A DNA stretch of 50,247 bases, taken from Candidatus Parcubacteria bacterium. Lineage in GTDB: Bacteria; Patescibacteriota; Minisyncoccia; Minisyncoccales; PEYH01. Below, in pieces: positions 18,084 through 26,854 of the stretch. Every line of letters starts with the position of its first letter. Position 1 is the stretch's first letter. The position numbers and the translations under genes were made by a program. A model generated the notes under the pieces. It worked only from the letters and a program-made list of their open reading frames with translations. It did no database searches and had not been told where the DNA came from. The DNA is taken from assembly GCA_026395615.1 (NCBI GenBank), contig JAPLYH010000051.1, forward strand, positions 6,318-56,564, read 5' to 3'.

Positions 18084-18155
18084 CGGCCCCGACGAGAGTC
18101 GAACTCGTGTACCATGGTTGAGAACCATGTATCCTAACCACTAGATGACGGGGCC
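18084..18155 (-). tRNA. tRNA-Glu (anticodon CTC)
   Basis: Manual cloverleaf: acceptor GGCCCCG/CGGGGCC, anticodon stem CATGG/CCATG with loop TTCTCAA, T-arm ACGAG-TTCGACT-CTCGT. Confidence 0.85.
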
Positions 18156-18229
18156 AATAAAACTACAATAACACAAAAAAAGACTGGTGGCAAACTGTCT
18201 TTTCATCCTTTTTATTATGATTCTCAACT

Positions 18230-19927
18230 CTATTTTTCCGGGACAACTTGATAATAATCCAAAATGTATTTTGCCAATTTCTGGAAAACAAAAACTGCTG
18301 ATTCACTGGCACTCCTGGTTTTCGGACTATCTAATTTCACGGCTATTACAAACCTTGGAGAAAACGCAGGAGCAAAACCAATAAAGCTCTGCCAGGTCTC
18401 ATCACTATAACCCGCTTTATTTATGCCAAGAGAGGAAAAAGGAATTTGTGAAGTTCCGGTTTTCCCTGCAACATAATACCCAGGAACTTGGGCGTCCTTG
18501 CTATATCCGCTCTCCGTAACTGCGATAAGCATTTTTGTAAGATCTTCTGCTGTTTTAGAAGTGATGATTTGTTTTGCCGTTTTATTCGATTGCAACGGCT
18601 CTTTGCTTCCATTATTTACAATTGCTTCAGCCACATATGGCTGGATTAACTTGCCTTTATTGGCAATTACGCAAAAATCTCTTGCCACTTGCATTAAATT
18701 CATACTAATCCCCTGTCCAAAAGACGCGGTGGCGTAATTAATTTCCCAACCCTTTTTAAATTCCTGATTTTCCGAATAAACCTCTCCCCCTAAATCAATG
18801 CCGGTTTTGTCAAAAACCCCAAATTTTTCCAAATAATCAACAAATGTTTGGTGGCTCAATTGATTTTGAACGAATACTGCCCCGGTATTAATTGATTTTT
18901 CCAAAACTTGCGTCATTGTTGATTCTCCCCAAGTCCTATTATCATAATTAGTAATCACTTTATCCTTAATTACTAATCGCCCAACATCTATATAGGTTGT
19001 TTCTGGCGTAATTTTGCCCTCATTAAGAGCTGCTGCCATAGTCACTGCCTTAAAGGCAGAGCCCGGTTCGTAAAATGTCTGAATCGCGTTGTCTTGGAAT
19101 ACTCCGATTTGATTATTCTGAGCATATTCTTGATATTTATTAGGGTCAAAACCGGGGAAATCCGCTAGAGCTAAAACTTTTCCGGACGATGGTTCAATCA
19201 CGATTATTTGCGCTGATTGAAATTTAAAATCTGTTGAATAATCTTTTAATACTTTTTCTGCAAATGCTTGAATATTTTTATCAATGGTCAAAACTAAATC
19301 TGCCCCCCTTATTGAACCTTCATTATTGCTATCCGTGGATTTGCCAAAAGGACCATAGGATATTTTTTGCCATCCCTCCTGCCCTGCTAACACGTCGTTC
19401 CAATATTCTTCTACCCCATATTGCCCTTCTCCGCTTTGATTTACAAAACCCAACACATCCGAAGCAAGCGCTCCAAACGGATAAAAACGCTTGCGCTCTT
19501 GATCTAAATAAACTCCTTCCATATTTAACTCTTGTATTTTTTGTTTTTCTTCTTCGGAAATATTTCTTTTTACAAGGAAAAAGAGCTTATCGCTGTTACT
19601 ATTAATATTATTTAATAATTCATTTTTATCTACAGACAATGCCGGACTTAACAGCTCTGCCACTCTTTCTTTGTCTTCAATCATTTTTGGAGCCACATAA
19701 CAAAACCAGCTTTCTTCATTAGTAGCTGCGAGAACTATATTATCTTTATCATATAAAAAAATATCCCCTCTTGTTCCGGATATTTGTTGAAAAATCTCTT
19801 GGTGTCCCTTTGCCAGAGCCCTATAAAGCTCGCCGTTCATAACTTGAAGAAAAAATAAACGGGCAATAATAGTTGCTCCAATAAGAAAAATAAAAAAATA
19901 AACAATGTTAATTCTTGGAAATTTCAT
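18230..19927 (-). CDS. ftsI: penicillin-binding transpeptidase (FtsI/PBP2-class)
   Basis: N-terminal TM, SxxK (GSAFK), SxN (SIN) and KTGT motifs. It follows ftsL in the dcw cluster. Confidence 0.85.
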   Translation of the reverse strand: MKFPRINIVYFFIFLIGATIIARLFFLQVMNGELYRALAKGHQEIFQQISGTRGDIFLYDKDNIVLAATNEESWFCYVAPKMIEDKERVAELLSPALSVDKNELLNNINSNSDKLFFLVKRNISEEEKQKIQELNMEGVYLDQERKRFYPFGALASDVLGFVNQSGEGQYGVEEYWNDVLAGQEGWQKISYGPFGKSTDSNNEGSIRGADLVLTIDKNIQAFAEKVLKDYSTDFKFQSAQIIVIEPSSGKVLALADFPGFDPNKYQEYAQNNQIGVFQDNAIQTFYEPGSAFKAVTMAAALNEGKITPETTYIDVGRLVIKDKVITNYDNRTWGESTMTQVLEKSINTGAVFVQNQLSHQTFVDYLEKFGVFDKTGIDLGGEVYSENQEFKKGWEINYATASFGQGISMNLMQVARDFCVIANKGKLIQPYVAEAIVNNGSKEPLQSNKTAKQIITSKTAEDLTKMLIAVTESGYSKDAQVPGYYVAGKTGTSQIPFSSLGINKAGYSDETWQSFIGFAPAFSPRFVIAVKLDSPKTRSASESAVFVFQKLAKYILDYYQVVPEK

Positions 19928-19937
19928 TTTGAGAATT

Positions 19938-20258
19938 TCACTTTGCCAATGCTGTTCTTCCCGCTGCTCTGATATAGTGGACTTTATCTATTCTTTCAAA
20001 ATTTAAATCTTGGGCTACTTTATCAATTTCCGGCATTTCTTTTGCAGATACCAAAACTGCTTCTTCTGCATTGGCCGTCGGAAGTCCGGCTAACTTATTT
20101 TGGACCTCGGAAACCAAAATGCTATTTCGCGACAAAGATTGCATTTGAAGAACCCATATCGCAAACAACCCTATAATTGAAAAGATAGATAAACCCCAAA
20201 TAATCTTAAAATTCATTTTGAACGAATTTCTTGAAATTTTTTGAATCCTGACTGTCAT
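19938..20258 (-). CDS. small bitopic cell-division protein, FtsL-like by position
   Basis: 106 aa with a single TM (IIWGLSIFSIIGLFAIWVL), located between rsmH and ftsI. Confidence 0.5.
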   Translation of the reverse strand: MTVRIQKISRNSFKMNFKIIWGLSIFSIIGLFAIWVLQMQSLSRNSILVSEVQNKLAGLPTANAEEAVLVSAKEMPEIDKVAQDLNFERIDKVHYIRAAGRTALAK

Positions 20259-21160
20259 ATAATTTTTCTGGCTATTCTTAATTTTGCCGACCTTGAGCGA
20301 GGATTATTACTGATTTCTTCAAAACCCGGAACTATAGGTTTTTTGGTAATGATTTCAAAAATGTTTATTTCCTGACATCTCTTGAAAAATCTTTTCACTT
20401 CCCCGTCTTCTAAAGAATGAAATGATATCACTGCGATTCTCCCATCCTTTCCTAAAACTTCTGCTGCTTGAATCAATCCTTTTTTTACGTTCTCAATCTC
20501 TGAATTAACGGCTATCCTTAATGCCTGGAATGTTTTGGTTGCAGGATGAAGTTTTTTTCTTTGAAAACGCCCGGGAAGAGCTGACCAAATAATTTCTACT
20601 AAATCAAATGTCGTACGAATCGGTTTTTCTTGTCTTTTCTCAATTATTTTTTTAGCAATCGCTCTGGAAAACTTTTCCTCGCCGTAGTCCTTTAAAATCT
20701 TTTCTATATCTTCTTCTGTATAACTATTCACTATTTCAAGCGCAGTCAAAGAATTAATCTGGGGATTATATCTCATATCCAGCGGTTCATCTTCTTTGAA
20801 AGAGAATCCCCTTCCGCTTTCCTCAAAATGCCAGCTGGACAGGCCTAAGTCCATCACAATTCCGTTTACTGGACCGAAATTTTTCTCTGCAATTATATTT
20901 TTAAGGTTTATATAAGAATCATTCACTAAAATCAATCTGTTCTGGATCTTGGATTTTGAATTCTCATCTCCGCCTTCCTGTTGAAACTTATTGTAAAGTT
21001 CCGGATCCGCTTCTATGGCCAACACTTTCCCGTTCGGTTCTATCGCATCTAATAAAGCGAGCGTATGCCCTCCTTGCCCGAAAGTACAATCAATAAAATT
21101 CTCGTTTGGTTTGGGATTAAGATATTCTATGATTTCTTTTTTAAGTACTGGTATGTGCAT
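20255..21160 (-). CDS. rsmH: 16S rRNA (cytosine1402-N4)-methyltransferase
   Basis: MHIPVLKKEIIEYL...DCTFGQGGHT...DLGLSS...SFHSLEDGEVK is the RsmH/MraW signature. Confidence 0.9.
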   Translation of the reverse strand: MHIPVLKKEIIEYLNPKPNENFIDCTFGQGGHTLALLDAIEPNGKVLAIEADPELYNKFQQEGGDENSKSKIQNRLILVNDSYINLKNIIAEKNFGPVNGIVMDLGLSSWHFEESGRGFSFKEDEPLDMRYNPQINSLTALEIVNSYTEEDIEKILKDYGEEKFSRAIAKKIIEKRQEKPIRTTFDLVEIIWSALPGRFQRKKLHPATKTFQALRIAVNSEIENVKKGLIQAAEVLGKDGRIAVISFHSLEDGEVKRFFKRCQEINIFEIITKKPIVPGFEEISNNPRSRSAKLRIARKII

Positions 21161-21180
21161 CTTTTTCTCCTGTGTTTATT

Positions 21181-21612
21181 TTAGAATCCAACTTCTGTTA
21201 ATCGCTCTGCCATATCTTCCATTCCTTTTTCAGATTTTTGGGTATAACTCTTCCATTTTGCTTCGTCCCAAATTTCCACTCTATTGGAAATGCCGGCAAT
21301 AATTGTTTGCTTTTTTAAGCCAGCATATTTTTTTAAATAATCCGGGACCAATATTCTGCCCAAAGAATCAATTGCCACTTCAGTCGCTCCGGCAAGCATA
21401 AAACGTGAGAATCCCCTTGCATCGGCTTTCTGAAACGGAAGTTCACTTAAACGTTTAGCTAATTTTTCCCATTCGTTTACGGAAAAAAGAAAAAGACAGT
21501 TGTCCAGTCCCCTGGTAATAACTGCCTTGTTTCCTAAAGACTTTCTAAGTTTAGCCGGTATGCCTAACCGTCTTTTTGTATCTAATGAATATGTGTATTC
21601 GCCGATAAACAT
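21181..21612 (-). CDS. mraZ: transcriptional regulator MraZ
   Basis: MFIGEYTYSLDTKRRLGIPAKLR...LVPDYLKKYAGL gives two SpoVT/AbrB-like halves. Start is set at the internal ATG at 21612, not the track's 21918. Confidence 0.85.
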   Translation of the reverse strand: MFIGEYTYSLDTKRRLGIPAKLRKSLGNKAVITRGLDNCLFLFSVNEWEKLAKRLSELPFQKADARGFSRFMLAGATEVAIDSLGRILVPDYLKKYAGLKKQTIIAGISNRVEIWDEAKWKSYTQKSEKGMEDMAERLTEVGF

Positions 21613-21661
21613 GATAATAAATGGGAAAAATGAGATATTATGTATAATTTTCAGTTTTTGA

Positions 21662-21722
21662 GTTATCCCCAGTTCCTGAAAGTTATCCCCACCTTTCTCC
21701 ACAACATCTTCTTTATACCCCA
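21662..21722 (-). promoter_or_regulatory. three TGGGG(A/T)ATAA direct repeats upstream of mraZ (candidate MraZ operator)
   Basis: Minus strand reads TGGGGATAAC twice, 20 nt apart, and GTGGGGTATAAA a further 31 nt upstream, 50-110 nt before the mraZ ATG. Confidence 0.45.
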
Positions 21723-21779
21723 CAATTAACCACCAGTCAACCACTCCCCTGTGGAAAACTTTTTCGCAGATTCTCGCTA

Positions 21780-21808
21780 TTGACTTTTCTCCATAATTAT
21801 AGTAATAT
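21780..21808 (+). promoter_or_regulatory. sigma70-like promoter of the 70-aa gene
   Basis: TTGACT, 17 nt, TAATAT. Confidence 0.5.
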
Positions 21809-21829
21809 TTTTTATAAGGAGGGATATCA

Positions 21830-22042
21830 ATGAACGAGTTGTTCAAACGATGCAAGACAGTGGAGATCAAGGAAGACGAAAAGCTCAACATGAGATACTG
21901 CGGGGCGAATGTCTTCACGGGCTATCCGTCTTGGATCACAAAGATGCTACCAGAAAGACTAGAGGCCAAAGGCCTCAAGATCATCGCAGCCGTACGAAGC
22001 GAAAAAGGAAGTTGTAGCGTTTTCGTTGATCTCGCCGATTAG
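21830..22042 (+). CDS. small (70 aa) GC-richer protein of unknown function, divergent from mraZ
   Basis: AAGGAGGG (21816-21823) lies 6 nt before the ATG. The composition is balanced (MNELFKRCKTVEIKEDEKLNMRYCGANVFTGYPSWITKML...). It has its own promoter and terminator. Confidence 0.6.
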   Translation: MNELFKRCKTVEIKEDEKLNMRYCGANVFTGYPSWITKMLPERLEAKGLKIIAAVRSEKGSCSVFVDLAD

Positions 22043-22060
22043 GAGAGTCGGCTCGGCAGT

Positions 22061-22104
22061 GCGGGGCGGAGGATTCTTGCGAATCCCCGCTCTTTCTTTT
22101 TTTT
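22061..22104 (+). terminator. intrinsic terminator of the 70-aa gene
   Basis: gcgggg-cgga-ggattc-ttgc-gaatcc-ccgc followed by tctttcttttttt. Confidence 0.7.
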
Positions 22105-22126
22105 AAAAAACAAAAAACACATCCAA

Positions 22127-22160
22127 AACAAAAAATATGCCAACTGGCATATTTTTTGTT
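22127..22160 (-). terminator. hairpin terminator after the Cys-rich surface protein gene
   Basis: aaaaaatatgcca-act-ggcatatttttt flanked by A and T runs. Confidence 0.6.
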
Positions 22161-22178
22161 TTGAAATTCTTTAAATTT

Positions 22179-25100
22179 TTATAGTCGCACTAACTCTGCT
22201 TCTCTTTTTTTCTTAAGCCAATGATAACCAGCGAAAGAAAGTATGCCAGCTAATATCAAGATAAATAATATTACCAACCAGAATGCCAAACTGCCAATTA
22301 CTTTAACTATCTGGCCAAAGATTGATCCAGCTGCCGCAGCTCCCTGCACTCCATTTAAAATTTCTATATTAACACTGTCACTTGTTGTTTTATCTCCGCC
22401 ATAGTTAACGGTGCTAAGATTACTTAAGTAAGTTGTCCCCATGGTGAACTCGGTAGCATTGGCAACCTTAGCGTCAAAGCTTATATATTTTGATTGTTTT
22501 GAAGCTAAAGTTCCTAAATTAAGTCCGGCTGCGATATTGCCCACAAAAGGAGAATCATCCACTTTCAAATTGCCTAAATAATTAATATTTGCCGGTAAAA
22601 GATTTTCAAGATTAACATCGCCAACCGGGTCATTACTGGAAGATGCCACTATCACCAAGAAAGAAAGTTTTTCTCCCGGTGATGCTGATATAGTTTTTTT
22701 CCAACCTTCATTAAGTCCTGTTTTATTTGCCAAAACAGATACTGCTACAGTATTAGTTGCCGGAAGTTTTACGTCAACAGGACAAGCGCAAAATGTTTCA
22801 TCGCAATTTGCTATTCCGTCTCCGCAATGCTGACAACTTGAACAATAATCAGCGGAGTCCTTGCTGCAGGTTGTGCCATCGCATTTCAAACTATTGTAGC
22901 ACTTATTTCCATCACAACCGTCTAATGTACAAGAATTAGTATCTGCGCATTCCATATACTTGCTTAATCTGTCCCCCGAATTATTATACCAATAAACATC
23001 ATTATCATAGCATTGCCTAACTTGAGTTATCGGAGTTGTTGAACAAGTAGAATTATAGTTACAGGTTGAATCGCCATTAGAACAAGTTTCATTGGTTGAA
23101 CAATAATCAGCTACTATCCAGGAAGACCAATCTCCCCAGCTACCCAAATTGCCATCGCACTGATTACTATTTCCAGAGCAATATTGAAATCTTATTCTAG
23201 TGCTTTGGCCGACATCAGCTCCGCAACCATCTCCCCAGACACAACTATATTTCGTATCTGACTCGCTTTTGCAAACAGAGCTTGAACTTTTATAGTTTCT
23301 CCCATCACAACAAGGACCAGAAGTACACTGTTGTTGTTGTACACATTGTCCATTGCTACAAATTTCATTACCGCTGCATGTTCTTACAAAACTTTTTTCC
23401 GTACTTGAATTATTGAAACATGCTCCACCTGAACATCCCCTATCATAACAAGTTCTTTCTTTATAAATACTATTTCCTAAACAATAATTAGATCCCCAAG
23501 ATGTGCAGGAATCAGAACCGCAATCTTCATAAATATCTTGCCTGCTGCTATTGGAATCATACCAATAAACATCGCTGGCATAACATAATTTATAATCGTG
23601 ATTTATATAATTGCAATTATTACAATTACCATTGTTACAATTATTATTATTACAACTATTACAACTGGTGCATCCGCAACTTGAATCATTGTTACAAGTA
23701 TACTCGGCTACTCCACCTGAACAATACCAACTTGGTCTTTGATTATCATTGCAATCTCCATAGCCGCAATATGTAGAGCCTAATATGCTCTCTGCTGAAG
23801 ACCACTCTAAACAAGAATCAGAATCATAATTTCCGCAAGTTTGTTTACGAGAACTATCATAACATCTCACTTGCCCAGAATAAGCGCATTCGCTTTGACA
23901 TGATTGCCCGCAATCTTGTGAACAATTATATTGCGTTTCGCCACATTCAGAATTACAAACTCCGTTTCCGCAAGAATAACATTGTGAGGAACAAGAGGAA
24001 TCATTATAAGAACAGGTCCCACCTGAACAGAAATAATCTCTGCGAGTGCTCCCATTACAAGTGTCAGTTCCACAACTTTCCGGACTTGACCATTCTAAAC
24101 AAGAATCAGAATCATAATTTCCGCAGATTTTTCTAGAACCATTATCATTACAAGTTGTTTGTCCAGAAATAGCACACTCATCTTGGCAGGTTGGTTGATT
24201 GCAACTGGAATCAGCCGTACACCTTGATTCGCTTTGAGTATTACAACCGCTTGGATTACAAGTTCTTGTTCGTGTTTGGTACATCTGCCCAGAACTGCAC
24301 CCGCTTTGAGCGCATCCTTGATTATTCCAAGAACCCCAATCACCGCATTGACAAGTAGTTATACATTGACCGTTGCTACAGGTTTTTCCTAATGCTAAAC
24401 AATCCTGATAATTTTCCCATTGATTTTGGGCAGTACAGGCAGCGCTTGAACATCCTCTTACAACCTTTTGCCTTTGAACCATATTTCCAGAGCATTGATA
24501 ATTGTCTGTCCAGGAATCACTACCGCATTCATCATATTTATCTTCTCTTGCGCTGCAAGAGTTATACCAATAAACATCGCTGTCATAACAGGATTTAGAA
24601 TTATGGGTTGTGCATTCAGTTACGCAATTGCCGTTCTGGCAAACTTGGCCGGAACCGCAGCTTGTAGCCGTAGACCATTCCAAACAGGTATCGCAATCGT
24701 AATTGCCACAAGTTTTGTAACTGGCATTACCAGAGCAAGTCTTTTGTCCGAGATATGAACATTCATCAGCACTGCAAGATGGACAAGTTGAAACACATTG
24801 TGCGTTTTGACAAGTTTTTCCACTTGCAGAACAATCCTGATAATTTTCCCATTGATTGTAATCGTAGCAAGAAGAACCGGAACAGCCTTTTTTGTCTTTT
24901 TGTCTTTGAATCCAATCCCCTGAACATTGATAATTATTCGTCCAAGAATCAGAACCACAATCCTGACTGGTACTCCAGGATGCATTAGTAAAACAAGCAG
25001 AGCCAGAACAGCCTTTATCTACCCACTTTCTTTGAAGAGTGCTACCCGAACATTGATAATCACTGGTCCAACCGCTGTCCCCGCATTCACTGAATTTATC

Positions 25101-25487
25101 TTCTCTTGCGCTGCAAGAGTTATACCAATAAACATCACTGTCGTAACAGGATTTAGAATTATGGGTTATACATTCAGTAACACAATTTCCGTTCTGGCAA
25201 ACTTGGCCGGAACCGCAGCTTGTAGCTGTAGACCATTCTAAACAGGTATCACAGTCGTAGTTGCCGCAAGTTCTATAATAAGTACTGTTAGAGCAGGTTT
25301 TTTGGCCATAATACGAACATTCGTCGGAGCAAGTTGGATTTGGAATACACTCTCCATATACTAAATATTTCCCCGAATCATTGTTAGCTTTACCAATAGA
25401 GGCAAAATCAGCCTTTAAAAAAGGTTGAATCAAAATAGCTAATGAAAAAAGAGTGAAAGCAATAAAAAATATTGTTAATTTCTTCAT
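22179..25487 (-). CDS. very large Cys-rich secreted repeat protein with C-terminal membrane anchor
   Basis: 1102 aa with an N-terminal signal-like helix and dozens of CxxC/CGxxxC modules (CGNYDCDTCLEWS..., CYSCGNGVCNSECGETQYNCSQDCG). A DUF11/CARDB-like Ig segment lies near the C-terminus, before a terminal TM plus KKKRE. Confidence 0.85.
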   Translation of the reverse strand: MKKLTIFFIAFTLFSLAILIQPFLKADFASIGKANNDSGKYLVYGECIPNPTCSDECSYYGQKTCSNSTYYRTCGNYDCDTCLEWSTATSCGSGQVCQNGNCVTECITHNSKSCYDSDVYWYNSCSAREDKFSECGDSGWTSDYQCSGSTLQRKWVDKGCSGSACFTNASWSTSQDCGSDSWTNNYQCSGDWIQRQKDKKGCSGSSCYDYNQWENYQDCSASGKTCQNAQCVSTCPSCSADECSYLGQKTCSGNASYKTCGNYDCDTCLEWSTATSCGSGQVCQNGNCVTECTTHNSKSCYDSDVYWYNSCSAREDKYDECGSDSWTDNYQCSGNMVQRQKVVRGCSSAACTAQNQWENYQDCLALGKTCSNGQCITTCQCGDWGSWNNQGCAQSGCSSGQMYQTRTRTCNPSGCNTQSESRCTADSSCNQPTCQDECAISGQTTCNDNGSRKICGNYDSDSCLEWSSPESCGTDTCNGSTRRDYFCSGGTCSYNDSSCSSQCYSCGNGVCNSECGETQYNCSQDCGQSCQSECAYSGQVRCYDSSRKQTCGNYDSDSCLEWSSAESILGSTYCGYGDCNDNQRPSWYCSGGVAEYTCNNDSSCGCTSCNSCNNNNCNNGNCNNCNYINHDYKLCYASDVYWYDSNSSRQDIYEDCGSDSCTSWGSNYCLGNSIYKERTCYDRGCSGGACFNNSSTEKSFVRTCSGNEICSNGQCVQQQQCTSGPCCDGRNYKSSSSVCKSESDTKYSCVWGDGCGADVGQSTRIRFQYCSGNSNQCDGNLGSWGDWSSWIVADYCSTNETCSNGDSTCNYNSTCSTTPITQVRQCYDNDVYWYNNSGDRLSKYMECADTNSCTLDGCDGNKCYNSLKCDGTTCSKDSADYCSSCQHCGDGIANCDETFCACPVDVKLPATNTVAVSVLANKTGLNEGWKKTISASPGEKLSFLVIVASSSNDPVGDVNLENLLPANINYLGNLKVDDSPFVGNIAAGLNLGTLASKQSKYISFDAKVANATEFTMGTTYLSNLSTVNYGGDKTTSDSVNIEILNGVQGAAAAGSIFGQIVKVIGSLAFWLVILFILILAGILSFAGYHWLKKKREAELVRL
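24522..24776. repeat. intragenic repeat copy 2 (about 255 bp)
   Basis: Encodes CSADECSYLGQKTC...CYDSDVYWYNSCSAREDKYDECG. It is roughly 90 percent identical by eye to 25080-25331. Confidence 0.8.
25080..25331. repeat. intragenic repeat copy 1 (about 255 bp)
   Basis: Encodes CSDECSYYGQKTC...CYDSDVYWYNSCSAREDKFSECG. Confidence 0.8.
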
Positions 25488-25610
25488 ATTTTTGGCGTTG
25501 TAACTCGCTATTAAATTTAATCTAACTCTACATTATTTAACTAGTTTTGTCAATAGATTTATTTAGTTTACGCCGATGGAAAAAGATTGTCAATATAGTA
25601 TTAGGCCATT

Positions 25611-25647
25611 AAAAAACAAAAGCGGACATCGTCCGCGTTTGTTTTTT
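25611..25647 (-). terminator. hairpin terminator
   Basis: aaaaaacaaaa-gcggac-atc-gtccgc-gtttgtttttt. Confidence 0.6.
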
Positions 25648-25677
25648 AAATGGATTAACTACCATTATTTCTATGAA

Positions 25678-26817
25678 TTACGCTATGTGATTAAACTCAT
25701 TAGTACTCGTCCCACCTCCCATCATCCATATCTGGAAAAACGGCATTAATAATTCTATAAGATTATCAGATTTTTCCGGCGCACTTATTTCTTGTGTCTG
25801 GTTAAACTCTGAAAAGGCCATTTCAAATCCCAAAGCCATTCCTCCGGTTTGAGTATCATCGGCGCTAAGAGCATAAACATTCTTATCTGTCTTAATTTTA
25901 TAAATATATTTGTCTTTTGTTCCTATCCATATTTCAAACTCTATCTCCCCCGCTTTATCAAAAAAGTTATCTAATTGAGCAACACTCTGATCTTCATCTG
26001 CTGACAATGGTTCCGAGATCAATGAACCAAGTTTAGTACGAACAATATCACGAACTCCTAATATAAATTTCTTAGCGTTTTCTTTATCTACGGTTAATAA
26101 AAAATGATATGCCTGATTATTATTTATCTTTTCATTGGGTAATTTTGCCTTTGTTTTGAATACCGGATATTTTTCAAAAAGTCCCAATATTTCATTCGTA
26201 AGTTCTTGACTTGCTTGCTCATCCATCGTCATTGCCTCTAGACTAAGACCTGCTTCCTTAGGGTCAAATCTAAGCCACTTTCCTATGAATGGATCTAAAT
26301 TGATTCCAGTTGCAGCTAATTGAATACGAAGGACCAAGGGAACAGTAGTGATATTGAGATAAAATACTTTATCTACTACTCTAATCTCTCCCCCAAAAAG
26401 TACTTCCAATCCCTTTTGAACAATAGAAAGATCAACTAAAATCTTTGACTTGGGATTCTCGGGATCTGAATTGTTCTCAAATATATCAAAAACCATCTTT
26501 CCTTCCGCTTTTTCTCCTGAGCTGCTCGGAACATCAAAGTTAACGGTAAATTTAGTCCTTACACTCTCCAGCTTAGACATATTCTCCAGCGCTTCTTTTA
26601 TAATTTTATTAGGAGAAGGCCTTAATGGATTCCAAACAGGGTCCCATATTCCTGTAGCAAAAACAACGCCGATACCTATAATAATCACTATTAAACCAAT
26701 AGCTATCCCTATAAGCACTTTTTTCTTGCTTTTCGGTTTTACTGATGGCTTTTGAGGAAACTCACTAACCTGACTTATTGTCCCTCCCATAGCTGAATTT
26801 TGATTTTGCTCTTCCAT
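25678..26817 (-). CDS. hypothetical membrane-anchored protein
   Basis: 379 aa with one TM (LIGIAIGLIVIIIGIGVVFA) after a short cytoplasmic head. No family recognised. Confidence 0.6.
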   Translation of the reverse strand: MEEQNQNSAMGGTISQVSEFPQKPSVKPKSKKKVLIGIAIGLIVIIIGIGVVFATGIWDPVWNPLRPSPNKIIKEALENMSKLESVRTKFTVNFDVPSSSGEKAEGKMVFDIFENNSDPENPKSKILVDLSIVQKGLEVLFGGEIRVVDKVFYLNITTVPLVLRIQLAATGINLDPFIGKWLRFDPKEAGLSLEAMTMDEQASQELTNEILGLFEKYPVFKTKAKLPNEKINNNQAYHFLLTVDKENAKKFILGVRDIVRTKLGSLISEPLSADEDQSVAQLDNFFDKAGEIEFEIWIGTKDKYIYKIKTDKNVYALSADDTQTGGMALGFEMAFSEFNQTQEISAPEKSDNLIELLMPFFQIWMMGGGTSTNEFNHIA

Positions 26818-26854
26818 AATATTTAATAATTATTGATTAATAATTATTGATTAA

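Noticed and set aside
21613-21918. The N-terminal 102-aa extension of the mraZ ORF given in the track (21181-21918).
   Set aside because: The MraZ homology starts at MFIGEYTYSLD (ATG at 21612). The extension overlaps the operator repeats, the divergent promoter and the start of the 70-aa gene, and it is AT-rich and low-complexity.
22757-25241. Numerous plus- and minus-strand ORFs of 60-120 aa inside the Cys-rich gene, and similar nested ORFs inside other long genes (for example 1449-1631, 14653-15132, 46089-46856).
   Set aside because: These are shadow ORFs of long, well-supported genes. They have skewed, low-complexity compositions and no start signals.
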